Below are positions 11,204 through 23,883 of a stretch of DNA of 64,000 nt, piece by piece (within the stretch, counting starts at the first letter, position 1; each line of letters starts with the position of its first letter). The stretch is from Eledone cirrhosa. Its lineage: Eukaryota. The stretch spans positions 682,001-746,000 of the forward strand of contig OZ024757.1 of assembly GCA_964016885.1 (NCBI GenBank), in the 5' to 3' direction. The notes under the pieces are model-generated. The model was not told the origin of the DNA. It did no database searches and saw only the letters and a program-made list of their open reading frames with translations. The translations under genes were made by a program, and so were the position numbers.

Positions 11204-11369
11204 TTCGTTATTTGTTTTTATTATTTCGTTATTTGTTTTTATCGTCTCCGCTGAACCGGTGCGTACTCACACTCTATGCAAATTAGTCTGCCCACTACTA
11301 ATTTTCATAGAAAAAGCATATAACGATATGTGCTTTTACAATTCTCCAGAAAGGCCGGTAGATAGGTAA

Positions 11370-11412
11370 ATATTGCTGATGGGTTGTAACAACAACGAAA
11401 CTAGTTCAATAT
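11370..11412 (+). ncRNA. Hammerhead motif copy with A9>G core substitution (likely impaired)
   Basis: atattg CTGATGG gttgtaacaacaac GAAACtaGTT caatat. Confidence 0.7.
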
Positions 11413-11721
11413 TCCTTGTCTGGCTTTCTGGGGAATAGAGGGAAGATGTTTCCTCGAAAACCAGTATGACTCTAAAAACCGGTTTGTCTGTGTGTTTACA
11501 TACAGAATAGCTGAGTTGCTCACAGTAAAGCAACCAGTGAAAGACTTGTTACATCTGCATATGTATACGTGTGTGTATTCATATACACACTAGTATTTCA
11601 GTATGCATATGTAGATGTACATTTTTAACTTAATTGTTTAAGCGTCAGTCATACAAAAGTGAGTTACAAACGAAACGAAATTTAATTTCGTTTCGTTATT
11701 TGTTTTTATATATATATATAT

Positions 11722-11932
11722 CAAAGACCCCCCTAGGTCACAAATGCCCATGTGATTTGCACCTAGAAAGTTTACCTCTGAGGCACAGGTCCGGGCAAAG
11801 TTGTATTAATAAGACCAACAGTCGACCATGCATATCACCTTTCACTTTCCACGCCACCAGTGATGTCCACCGGAAAGGCTATGGCCGATACAGCTTGGCA
11901 ATAAAGTGTCTTGCTCAAGGACACAACACATC
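11722..11932 (-). mobile_element. SINE-like interspersed repeat, truncated
   Basis: GC-richer block ending aaagtgtcttgctcaaggacacaac, the usual antisense signature downstream of tRNA-SINE heads; recognised from memory only. Confidence 0.5.
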
Positions 11933-13025
11933 ACTTTTCGATCTAACCCCTAACGCATGTTCCTCAACATGTATTTATATATATGTATATATATTAACAC
12001 ACCCGTGCATCTTCTGACGGTCTCCCACCGTATTCCGAAGTCTGAACAAAAGACTTACTGTTGTTGATTGTATAACCAAAATTAAGAGAGTCTAAACAAA
12101 AAACAAAGTTGTAAAAGATAATTTAGCTGCTATTTCTAGCAGTGTGAGATACTACGTAGAGGTTTCCTTATCGATATTTAACTGAGTGATACTTTTCGAT
12201 TTACCATCAATTAGATACGATTGGAAATGTGTTTGAATAAAATAAATTATATCAGGGACTTTTAACGTACAACACCGGTAAGAAAGTTTAAACATTGTCA
12301 ACGCACCGCGTACCTGCTGTCTTCATTACAATTTTAATTAGTCTAATTATATCTTGTGTAACAATTAAATATATATATACACACATAATTTTCTTTCCCT
12401 GACATCAGTCTTACACTGTCATATCTATTAACTTTACAATTGTGTCTACTAAGAGTTCCATTATAATCTGTAGTAGAAAAACGTCTATTTCACCAGAATA
12501 TCTGATATCAGTCATTTGTAGACAATATATATATTTAAACCACATATCAACCTAATATATACATATTTCCTATCAAATCTCTGGCTAAAGACATAAAGTC
12601 GGCCTCACTACTTTATTCTGACAAGATATCAATTCATGACTAAATATGAAGAAGTTACACCAACGTTGATGTCCTGAAATAAAGCTGATAACATCTTTGA
12701 AATTTCTAATTTAACAACAAAGAGATTATTTCTTTTGTTGCTTAGTAAAAACTAACAACTCTACACATTGATTATATATGAAGGAGGTAAGTGGACAAAG
12801 ATTCATTTGAAGTCTATAATAATGTATGTAAAAAATAGAATTATGTGAACCTTTCAACGATACAGTAATTATATAAAAGTGAAATTATATAACAACATTG
12901 AGAGAAGATATTTCAACCTCGTCATTTTATATATAGAGAAAAATACTTCCAAACTGAAATGGGTTATTTTTCAATAGACAGATTCCACTGTAACATGTAA
13001 TATAAAATATATTGTTATCATGACT

Positions 13026-13245
13026 GTCTTTATTATTTCAATTACCTCCATCTATTTATGTTATTTACTACCTTATATTATAAAATATATTTTATATTTA
13101 ACTGTACCTCGTTGTTAGAATAAATTAAAGATATCTTTATTATTTCAATTACCTCTGTCTATTTATTATGTTATTTACTACCTTATATTATAAAATATAT
13201 TTTATATTTAACTGTACCTCGCTGTTTGACGTAAATTAAAGTTAT
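13026..13245. repeat. Two-copy tandem repeat, ~110-bp unit
   Basis: tctttattatttcaattacctc...aactgtacctcg...taaattaaag occurs twice. Confidence 0.85.
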
Positions 13246-13539
13246 CGTGGTTTTAGTCTAAATCTCTTTCAAATTAATTCACTTCATCTGCTTATGGTTG
13301 AAACTTATTTAAACGTGGGTTTCGTTTCATTGACTAAAGTACCAGTAATACACTGTGATAATTGCTGGCCTTGTGCCAAAAGTAGAAACAATTATGACTA
13401 TGTCAGGATTAGCCAGCCAAGTAGGGATTGTATATCAGGGAGCTGCTTTGATGGTGAAGGGACATTTGTTGGTGGCTGTACATAATAGGGTTCTAATAGA
13501 GTTAGCTGAAACACCGTCTGATACATGTCTTGTGGACAC

Positions 13540-13852
13540 GATGATATATATGTAAGTCCTGGGGTACTCTATGTAATATATGTGTAGTACCTAGTAGTGC
13601 TACTTTCTGTTGTATAGATATGTGTGTGTGTGTGTAAGTTGTGAGGTTTCTGTTATGTGTCTTGCTGTTTTGTTTTATTCCCAGAGCAATTATTATTACG
13701 GGTATTGTTTCTGTTTTCACCGTCCACGTTTGAATTATTTCTACCTCAAGATCTTTATATTTAGATAATTTCTCCATTTCCTTGAGAGAGATATTATCGT
13801 CCAAGAGGATTGTTACATTAATTAGAAGGCATAATTATTTGCCTTTTTATCA
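13540..13852 (-). mobile_element. Non-LTR retrotransposon restriction-like endonuclease fragment (R4/Dong-like)
   Basis: DKK..CLLINVTI..DDNISLKEMEKLSKYKDLEVEI..W.VKTETIPVII.ALG...IQQKVALLGTTHIL matches the C-terminal RLE domain pattern. Confidence 0.75.
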
Positions 13853-16800
13853 CATATCATTCCTTGTTATATCACTACCAGTAGTCAATAGCCTGTCATA
13901 TCATTCCTTGTTATATCACTACCAGTAGTCTATAACCTGTCATATCATTCCTTGTTATATCACTACCAGTAGTCAATAACCTGTCATGTCATTCCTTGTT
14001 ATATCACTACCAGTAGTCAATAACCTGTCATATCATTCCTTGTTATATCACTACCAGTAGTCAATAACCTGTCATATCATTCCTTGTTATATCATTACTA
14101 GTAGTCAATAACCTGTCATATCATTCCTTGTTATATCACTACCAGTAGTCTATAACCTGTCATATCATTCCTTGTTATATCACTACCAGTAGTCAATAAC
14201 CTGTCATATCATTCCTTGTTATATCACTACCACTAGTCAATAACCTCTTATATCATTCCTTGTTATATCACTACCACTAGTCAATAACCTCTCAAATCAT
14301 TCCTTGTTATATCACTACCACTAGTCAATAACCTCTCAAATCATTCCTTGTTATATCACTACCAGTAGTCAATAACCTGTCATATCATTCCTTGTTATAT
14401 CACTACCAGTAGTCAATAACCTGTCATATCATTCCTTGTTATATCACTACCAGTAGTCAATAACCTGTCATATCATTCCTTGTTATATCACTACCAGTAG
14501 TCAATAGCCTGTCATATCATTCCTTGTTATATCACTACCAGTAGTCAATAACCTGTCATATAATTCCTTGTTATATCACTACCAGTTGTCAATAACCTGT
14601 CATATCATTCCTTGTTATATCACTACTAGTAGTCAATAACCTCTCATATCATTGCTTGTTATATCACTACCAGTAGTCAATAACCTGTCATATCATTCCT
14701 TGTTATATCACTACCAGTAGTGAATAACCTCTCATATAATTCCTTGTTATATCACTACCAGTTGTCAATAACCTGTCATATCATTCCTTGTTATATCACT
14801 ACTAGTAGTCAATAACCTCTCATATCATTGCTTGTTATATCACTACCAGTAGTCAATAACCTGTTATATCACTACCAGTAGTCAATAACCTCTCATATCA
14901 TTCCTTGCTATATCACTACCAGTAGCCAATAACCTCTCATATCATCGTTGTTATATCACTACCAGTAGTCAATAACCTGTCATATCATTCCTTGTTATAT
15001 AACTACCAGTAGCCAATAACCTCTCATATCATTCCTTGTTATATCACTACCAGTAGTCAATAATCTGTCATATCATTCCTTGTTATATCACTACCAGTAG
15101 TCAATAACCTCTCATATCCTTCCTTGTTATATCACTACCAGTAGTCAATAACCTGTCATATCATTCCTTGTTATATCACTACCAGTAGAAAATAACCTGT
15201 CATATCATTCCTTGTTATATCACTACCAGTAGAAAATAACCTGTCATATCATTCCTTGTTATATCACTACCAGTAGTCAATAACCTCTCATATCATTCCC
15301 TGTTATATCACTACCAGTAGTCAATAACCTGTCATATCATTCCTTGTTATATCACTACCAGTAGTCAATAACCTCTCATATCATTCCTTGTTATATCACT
15401 ACCAGTAGTCAATAACCCGTCATATCATTCCTTGTTATATCACTGCCAGTAGTCAATAACCTCTCATATCATTCCTTGTTATATCACTACCAGTAGTCAA
15501 TAACCTGTCATATCATTCCTTGTTATATCACTACCAGTAGTCAATAACCTCTCATATCATTCCTTGTTATATCGCTACCAGTAGTCAATAACCTGTCATA
15601 TCATTCCTTGTTATATCACTACCAGTAGTCAATAACCTGTCATATCATTCCTTGTTATATCACTACCAGTAGTCAATAACCTGTCATATCATTCCTTGTT
15701 ATATCACTACCAGTAGTCAATAACCTGTCATATCATTCCTTGTTATATCACTGCCAGTAGTCAATAACCTGTCATATCATTCCTTGTTATATCACTACCA
15801 GTAGTCAATAACCTGTCATATCATTCCTTGTTATATCACTACCAGTAGTCAATAACCTGTCATATCATTCCTTGTTATATCACTACCAGTAGTCAATAAC
15901 CTGTCATATCATTCCTTGTTATATCACTACCAGTAGTCAATAACCTGTCATATCATTCCTTGTTATATCACTACCAGTAGTCAATAACCTGTCATATCAT
16001 TCCTTGTTATATCACTACCAGTAGTCAATAACCTGTCATATCATTCCTTGTTATATCACTACCAGTAGTCAATAACCTCTCATATCATTCCTTGTTATAT
16101 CACTAACAGTAGTCAATAACCTGTCATATCATTCCTTGTTATATCACTACCAGTAGTCAATAACCTCTCATATCATTCCTTGTTATATCACTACCAGTAG
16201 TCAATAACCTCTCATATCATTCCTTGTTATATCACTACCAGTAGTCAATAACCTCTCATATCATTCCCTGTTATATCACTACCAGTAGTCAATAACCTGT
16301 CATATCATTCCTTGTTATATCACTACCAGTAGTCAATAACCTGTCATATCATTCCTTGTTATATCACTGCCAGTAGTCAATAACCTCTCATATCATTCCT
16401 TGTTATATCACTAACAGTAGTCAATAACCTGTCATATCATTCCTTGTTATATCACTACCAGTAGCCAATAACCTGTCATATCATTCCTTGTTATATCACT
16501 ACCAGTAGTCAATAACCTCTCATATAATTCCTTGTTATATCACTACCAGTAGTCAATAGCCTGTCATATCATTCCTTGTTATATCACTAACAGTAGTCAA
16601 TAACCTGTCATATCATTCCTTGTTATATCACTACCAGTAGTCAATAACCTCTCATATCATTCCTTGTTATATCACTAACAGTAGTCAATAACCTGTCATA
16701 TCATTCCTTGTTATATCACTACCAGTAGTCAATAACCTATCATATAATTCCTTGTTGTATCACTACCAGTAGTCAATAGCCTGTCATATCATTCCTTGTT

Positions 16801-19378
16801 ATATCACTACTAGTAGTCAATAGCCTGTCATATCATTCCTTGTTATATCACTACTAGTAGTCAATAGCCTGTCATATCATTCCTTGTTATATCACTACTC
16901 GTAGTCAATAGCCTGTCATATCATTCCTTGTTATATCACTACCACTAGTCAATAGCCTGTCATATCATTCCTTGTTATATCACTACCAGTAGTCAATAAC
17001 CTGTCATATCATTCCTTGTTATATCACTACCAGTAGTCAATAGCCTGTCATATCATTCCTTGTTATGTCACTACCAGTAGTTAATAACCTGTCATATCAT
17101 TCCTTGTTATATCACTACCAGTAGTCAATAACCTCTCATATCATTCCTTGTTATATCACTACCAGTAGTCAATAACCTCTCATATCTTTCCTTGTTATAT
17201 CACTACCAGTAGTCAATAACCTGTCATATCATTCCTTGTTATATCACTACTACCAGTAGTCAATAGCCTGTCATATCATTCCTTGTTATATCACTACTAG
17301 TAGTCAATAGCCTGTCATATCATTCCTTGTTATATCACTACTCGTAGTCAATAGCCTGTCATATCATTCCTTGTTATATCACTACCAGTAGTCAATAACC
17401 TCTCATATCATTCCTTGTTATATCACTACCAGTAGTCAATAACCTCTCATATCATTCCTTGTTATATCAATACCAGTAGTCAATAACCTGTCATATCATT
17501 CCTTGTTATATCACTACTACCAGTAGTCAATAGCCTGTCATATCATTCCTTGTTACATCACTACTAGTAGTCAATAGCCTGTCATATCATTCCTTGCTAT
17601 ATCACTACTAGTAGTCAATAGCCTGTCATATCATTCCTTGTTATATCACTACCAGTAGTCAATAACCTCTCATATCATTCCTTGTTATATCACTACCAGT
17701 AGTCAATAACCTGTCATATCATTCCTTGTTATATAACTACCAGAAGTCAATAACCTGTCATATCATTCCTTGTTATGTCACTACCAGTAGTCAATAACCT
17801 GTCATATCATTCCTTGTGATATCACTACCAGTAGTCAATAACCTCTCATATAATTCCTTGTTATATCACTAACAGTAGTCAATAACCTATCATATCATTC
17901 CTTGTTATATCACTACCAGTAGTCAATAACCTCTCATATCATTCCTTGTTATATCACTACCAGTAGTCAATAACCTCTCATATCATTCCTTGTTATATCA
18001 CTACTACTAGTAGTCAATAACCTCTCATATCATTCCTTGTTATATTACTACCAGTAGTCAATAACCTGTCATATCATTCCTTGTTATATCACTACCAGTA
18101 GTCAATAACCTCTCATTTCATTCCTTGTTATATCACTACCAGTAGTCAATAACCTGTCATATCATTCCTTGTTATATCACTACTACCAGTAGTCAATAGC
18201 CTGTCATATCATTCCTTGTTATATCACTACTAGTAGTCAATAGCCTGTCATATCATTCCTTGCTATATCACTACTAGTAGTCAATAGCCTGTCATATCAT
18301 TCCTTGTTATATCACTACCAGTAGTCAATAGCCTGTCATATCATTCCTTGTTATATCACTACTAGTAGTCAATAGCCTGTCATATCATTCCTTGTTATAT
18401 CACTACTCGTAGTCAATAGCCTGTCATATCATTCCTTGTTATATCACTACTCGTAGTCAATAACCTCTATCATTCCTTGTTATATCACTACTAGTAGTCA
18501 ATAACCTGTCATATCATTCCTTGTTATATCACTACTACCAGTAGTCAATAGCCTGTCATATCATTCCTTGTTATATCACTACTCGTAGTCAATAACCTCT
18601 CATATCATTCCTTGTTATATCACTACTAGTAGTCAATAACCTGTCATATCATTCCTTGTTATATCACTACTACCAGTAGTCAATAGCCTGTCATATCATT
18701 CCTTGTTATATCACTACTAGTAGTCAATAACCTCTCATATCATTCCTTGTTATATCACTACCAGTAGTCAATAGCCTGTCATATCATTCCTTGTTATACC
18801 ACTACCAGTAGTCAATAGCCTGTCATATCATTCCTTGTTATATCACTACCAGTAGTCAATAGCCTGTCATATCATTCCTTGTTATACCACTACCAGTAGT
18901 CAATAGCCTGTCATATCATTCCTTGTTATATCACTACCAGTAGTCAATAGCCTGTCATATCATTCCTTGTTGTACCACTACCAGTAGTCAATAGCCTGTC
19001 ATATCATTCCTTGTTATATCACTACCAGTAGTCAATAGCCTGTCATATCATTCCTTGTTATACCACTACCAGTAGTCAATAGCCTGTCATATCATTCCTT
19101 GTTATATCACTACCAGTAGTCAATAGCCTGTCATATCATTCCTTGTTATACCACTACCAGTAGTCAATAGCCTGTCATATCATTCCTTGTTATATCACTA
19201 CCAGTAGTCAATAGCCTGTCATATCATTCCTTGTTATATCACTACCAATAGTCAATAGCCTGTCATATCATTCCTTGTTATATCACTACCAGTAGTCAAT
19301 AGCCTGTCATATCATTCCTTGTTATATCACTACCAGTAGTCAATAACATCTCATATCATTCATTGTTATTTCACTACT
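13853..19378. repeat. 44-bp satellite array, ~125 monomers
   Basis: Consensus CATATCATTCCTTGTTATATCACTACCAGTAGTCAATAACCTGT; period 44 measured directly. Confidence 0.98.
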
Positions 19379-19559
19379 ACTACTATTCATGATACATATG
19401 CCAGCTGACATTACTACAGGATATTTATACATGCCCACTGACATATCCCAATCATTACATAACTGTAACTATGATTGTGTAAGAATCTGATAATGTCACG
19501 TGAATAACCATATCACAGAAATATATATCATGCAATAAACAATTATGCTGAACCCAACG

Positions 19560-22400
19560 TGTCCCCGTCCAATAGGAAGGTCTGGCAGGTTTTCTACAGC
19601 TGGATGCCCTTCCTAACACCAACAACGTATACAGTGTGGACTGGGAGGTTTTTACCGTGTTACCTACACAGCCACATTACAGTGTGGACTGTGTGTTTTT
19701 TTGTTGTGACACTTACATGATCTCGATCTCATCTCATTTATTTGGACTGGATGTTGTGGTCCCAACATAACTTTATAGAGAAAAGGTGGTGTTGGTGGGA
19801 GTAGGGGTAGTGGGATGGGGGTGTATATTTGGTTAAGAGGTGCCTACTGACTAGGTTTTGCTTTATACATAGGCAAGGCGGCTCTTCTGTATTACTGTGT
19901 AGCACCAAAGATCTCAGTTCAGTGACATTGTCTTAGAGAGGTGTAAGTGTGTAAGGTTGGAATTTATCAAATCGTCTCAGGTTTTTCTGGGTCTACCTAC
20001 ACCATAGCTACCGTCTATTTTGTACTCATAGTTTGCATTTGGGACATAAAATGGAATTTCTGTCTACTCCTTTCCTACACACTAAGCATGGCCATTTCCC
20101 AGAGGGAACCTGTGCCCTATTTTCCTTTCTACATACTAGAACTTTCGTCTTAGACAAGTTAACTTTAAGGCCTTTTGATTCTAGGCCATGCTTCCATGTT
20201 TGGAATTTCTTCTCTAGTTCACCCATCGATTCTGCTATGAGAGTTAGATCGTCTGCATATAGAAGTTACCATGGGCAGCCAGTCTTAAACTCCTCTGTTA
20301 TAGCCTGAACGGCAATAATAAATAGGAGGGGGCTAAAGACAGAGCCTTTATGAACACCAACTTTTACGCTAAATTCTTCACTATATTCATTGTTAATTCT
20401 AACCTTGCTGACTGTTTCTTTATACATGGCTTGTATAGCTCTCACAAGCCATTCATCAACACCTAGTTTTCTAAGAGCCGACCAGATAATGGAGCAGGGG
20501 ACTCTGTCAATGGCTTTCTCCAAGTCAACAAAAGCTAAGTATAGGGGTTTACTTTTAGCTAGGTACTTCTGTAGTTGTTGTACAAGGAAAAGAGCATCTG
20601 TGGTACTTTTACCTGACACAAACCCAAACTGCATTTCATCTAGATCAATTCGCTCTCTGATTAGTTGAGCTATAACTCTTTATGTGACCTTCATGACCTG
20701 GTCAACTAATTTAATGCCTCTATAGTTTCCTCTATCTAGGGCATCTCCTTTACCCTTGTAGCAGTTAATGATGATGCTGCTACGCCAGTCATTTGCATGA
20801 TCCCATTCTGTATGACTTGGTTTACTATCTGGGTGACCATAGTGTGTCCTACCATTCCAGATGCTTTCAGCATTTCAGCAACTATCCCCAAAGTCCCAGC
20901 TGCCTTGCCTGTCTTCATATCTTTGATTGCCTTACTTATTATACTACCTTTAATTTGCACTGCTGGTCCCTCTATTGGATCAATTTGGGGCAGACTATCT
21001 TTTTTCCATTTATTCTTCTCATTTAGTAGTCTCTCGTAGTGACACTTCCAAGCTACTTTCTTATCAGCATCAGTGATGGCAAGTACACCATCATCATTAC
21101 GGTAACACTTCTCCCCGACAATATCACGGTTTTCCTTGAGACATTGCCTAGCAATCCTGAACACCTCACGTTTTTGGTCCTCGCGTTGTAGAACATGCTT
21201 GAACTTTCTGTCCTCTGCTTCCCTTCTTGCAAAGTACATGTGTCTCCTAGCTTCTCTCCTGGCCACTTGATAGTGTTCTCTACTTCCCCCATCCTGCCAT
21301 ACTTCCCAAGCCTGTTTTTTGGCCTTGTTTTACACCTCCACCTTACTGTTCCATCACCAAGTTACTCTCCTCCTGCCTATAGGCCTGCTCCAGCCACTGA
21401 TTTCATATTTTGCCTTCAGCAGGTTAACTTTCAGGAATTCTCCTATTCCTCTATATTGTATATCTCTAATTGCTCTTCCTTACTGTCAAAAGCATCAAGT
21501 AATATGCTTTAAAATTTGTTACTGGCTGAGGGGTCCTTCAATTTCCATATTCTTCTCCTCAAAGTATTCTTCTGTTGTCGAGTATGTCTAGTCCTGACTA
21601 TGAGGTCACTAACTATGAGGCTATGTTGGGAGGTGCATTCTTCACGGGGGAGGGATTTAGTGTTTACAATAGACACTCTGTTACGTCTTCTAGTAAGGAT
21701 ATAATCTATCTGACTGGCGTGTTCCCCTGATCTATAGGTGATCAAGTGATTGTTTCGTTTTTTGAAGTTTGTGTTACACATAGTTAGGTTATTTGCATCA
21801 CAGAATTCCAGGATTCTGAAGCCTTCCTTATTTCTAGTACCAAACCCATAGCCGTCACAATGTTGTCCAACATGACCATTTAGGTCACCAGCAATAATTA
21901 TGTAGTCACTGTCGGTTATTTGGGAGGTAGTGAGCAATAGCGACTCATAGAATCTTTTATAATGCCAGGTAGTCCAGATTGGGGTGCATAAGCGGATATT
22001 ATTGTCACGGTAGTTCTATTTAGGACTAGTCTTATTTTAACTATTCTGTTGTTCACTCTATTTACAGCAATTACCTTATCTACCCATTTTTCTGCTAACA
22101 TAATTCCTCCTCCACCCAGTCCATTGTCATTTCCCAGCCAGAGTAGTTTATAGCATCGTTTTTTACCCACAATGAATCTAGTAGACCCACCCCTCCACCT
22201 GGTCTCTTGGACACAACACACATCAACTTCCTTATGTTGAAGCATCTCTACAACCTTGTTAGAGTGACCTTTTAAAGTACCTACATTCATGGTGCCAACT
22301 CTGAAGTTTTGGATTTCGTTTGGTGGGTGGAAGGGACGGGTTGGAGGTGTGAGGGAGATGAGGTTATGTTCAGCCCTCCGTGTCTGAAATAGAGAGGAGT
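19560..22400 (-). mobile_element. Near full-length decayed RTE LINE (APE endonuclease + RT) with a 562-bp internal deletion
   Basis: Motifs VGTMNVGTL, CCVQETRW, IISAYAPQ, IAGDLNGHVG, SQIDYIL, QFGFVSGKSTTDA, AFVDLEKA.DRVP; multiple stops and frameshifts; deletion junction at 20022/20023. Confidence 0.92.
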
Positions 22401-22840
22401 CCTTGCATTCTCGTCCAGCAACATTTATCTTTATCTTTGACATTGTCATTGAGTGTCAAGATTCTACAAACTCTCCAAATTCTATAGTCCATCTAGCATA
22501 TCAAAAGCAACCAAGTCTAAACTTAAGGAGTGATAGCCGAGACAGTGGTTTTGTGGAAGAGATTGGTAAGAGAAACATAATTATAAGCCACTGAATTATG
22601 ATTGGACCAAATAGTAATAGTGGCGTGGGGGGAGTTAACGAGAAGATTATTTTTATAAAGGACCTACAGATTCGACCATCATTATGAAAAGTTAAAGGGA
22701 CAATATAAATACTGATAGGTAAATTAGACCAAGAAAGATGGAGAGACAAGGAAATGAAGTGAAATACATTACATTTCTCAAAACAACAATTCGGCAACAG
22801 TAAGATTCGACAAATTCTGATTCATAACTCTCGACAGGTT

Positions 22841-22890
<50 letters not shown>

Positions 22891-23074
22891 CATTATTCTA
22901 CAGAGTACTCAATACTTGAGATAGTAGAGCATGACAACTGAGCTGACAGCTTGCCATTGGAACAGCTAGTTCCATATATATATGTATATATATATATTAT
23001 TGAAAGCCTATTGTGAACTACTGATGAGATTTGTGGCTGGAGCAATGCACCAGACTGACAGACATTGACAAATG

Positions 23075-23883
23075 TATATATGTCTATATATAGACATTAC
23101 ACAAGGTTGTATAATGTAACATATGTATATATATGTCTATATATATATAGACATTACACAAGGTTGTATAATGTAACATATGTATATATATGTCTGTATA
23201 TATATAGACATTACACAAGGTTGTATAATGTAACAAATGTATATATATGTCTATATATATATAGACATTACACAAGGTTGTATAATGTAACATATGTATA
23301 TATATGTCTATATATATATAGACATTACACAAGGTTGTATAATGTAACATATGTATATATATGTCTATATATATATAGACATTACACAAGGTTGTATAAT
23401 GTAACATATGTATATATATGTCTGTATATATAGACATTACACAAGGTTGTATAATGTAACATGTGTATATATATGTCTATATATAGACATTACACAAGGT
23501 TGTATAATGTAACATATGTATATATATGTCTATATATATATAGACATTACACAAGGTTGTATAATGTAACATATGTATATATATGTCTATATATAGACAT
23601 TACACAAGGTTGTATAATGTAACATATGTATATATATGTCTATATATATATAGACATTACACAAGGTTGTATAATGTAACATATGTATATATATGTCTAT
23701 ATATATAGACATTACACAAGGTTGTACAATGTAACATATGTATATATATATATGTCTGTATATATAGACATTACACAAGGTTGTATAATGTAATATTGAC
23801 ATATGTAGATATATTTCTGTATATATAGACATTAGACAAGGTTGTATAATGTAATATTGACATATGTATATATATATATATAT
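23075..23883. repeat. TA-rich minisatellite (~55-60-bp unit)
   Basis: Unit gacattacacaaggttgtataatgtaacatatg(ta)n-tgtc(ta)n; the array resumes at 25595-25790 and 28031-28400. Confidence 0.95.

Larger units (their letters stand above)
10936..11720. mobile_element. TA-flanked element with a 270-bp inverted repeat (Penelope-like inverted pLTR)
   Basis: Arms 10936-11205 and 11368-11637 differ at 3 positions, with a 162-bp spacer. The 3' terminus tttcgttatttgtttttat (11691) is repeated twice at the inner junction (11203-11242). Confidence 0.75.

Noticed and set aside
11040-11533. Pair of near-identical opposite-strand ORFs (MLYCEQLS...)
   Set aside because: Artefact of the inverted repeat; TTG start and no protein motif.
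10936-11637. MITE / DNA transposon with long terminal inverted repeats
   Set aside because: The element continues past the right arm to a terminus that is reiterated internally, there is no clean target duplication at the arm ends, and hammerhead cores favour a retroelement fold-back.
13853-19378. CRISPR-like regular repeat
   Set aside because: Monomers are contiguous with no unique spacers, there are no cas genes, and the context is eukaryotic.
23021-23075. Hammerhead-like CTGATGAG plus hairpin on the + strand
   Set aside because: No GAAA box or stems I/III follow; it runs into the minisatellite. At most a truncated remnant.
23065-23437. Repetitive Tyr/Ile-rich ORFs
   Set aside because: Translations of the TA-rich minisatellite.
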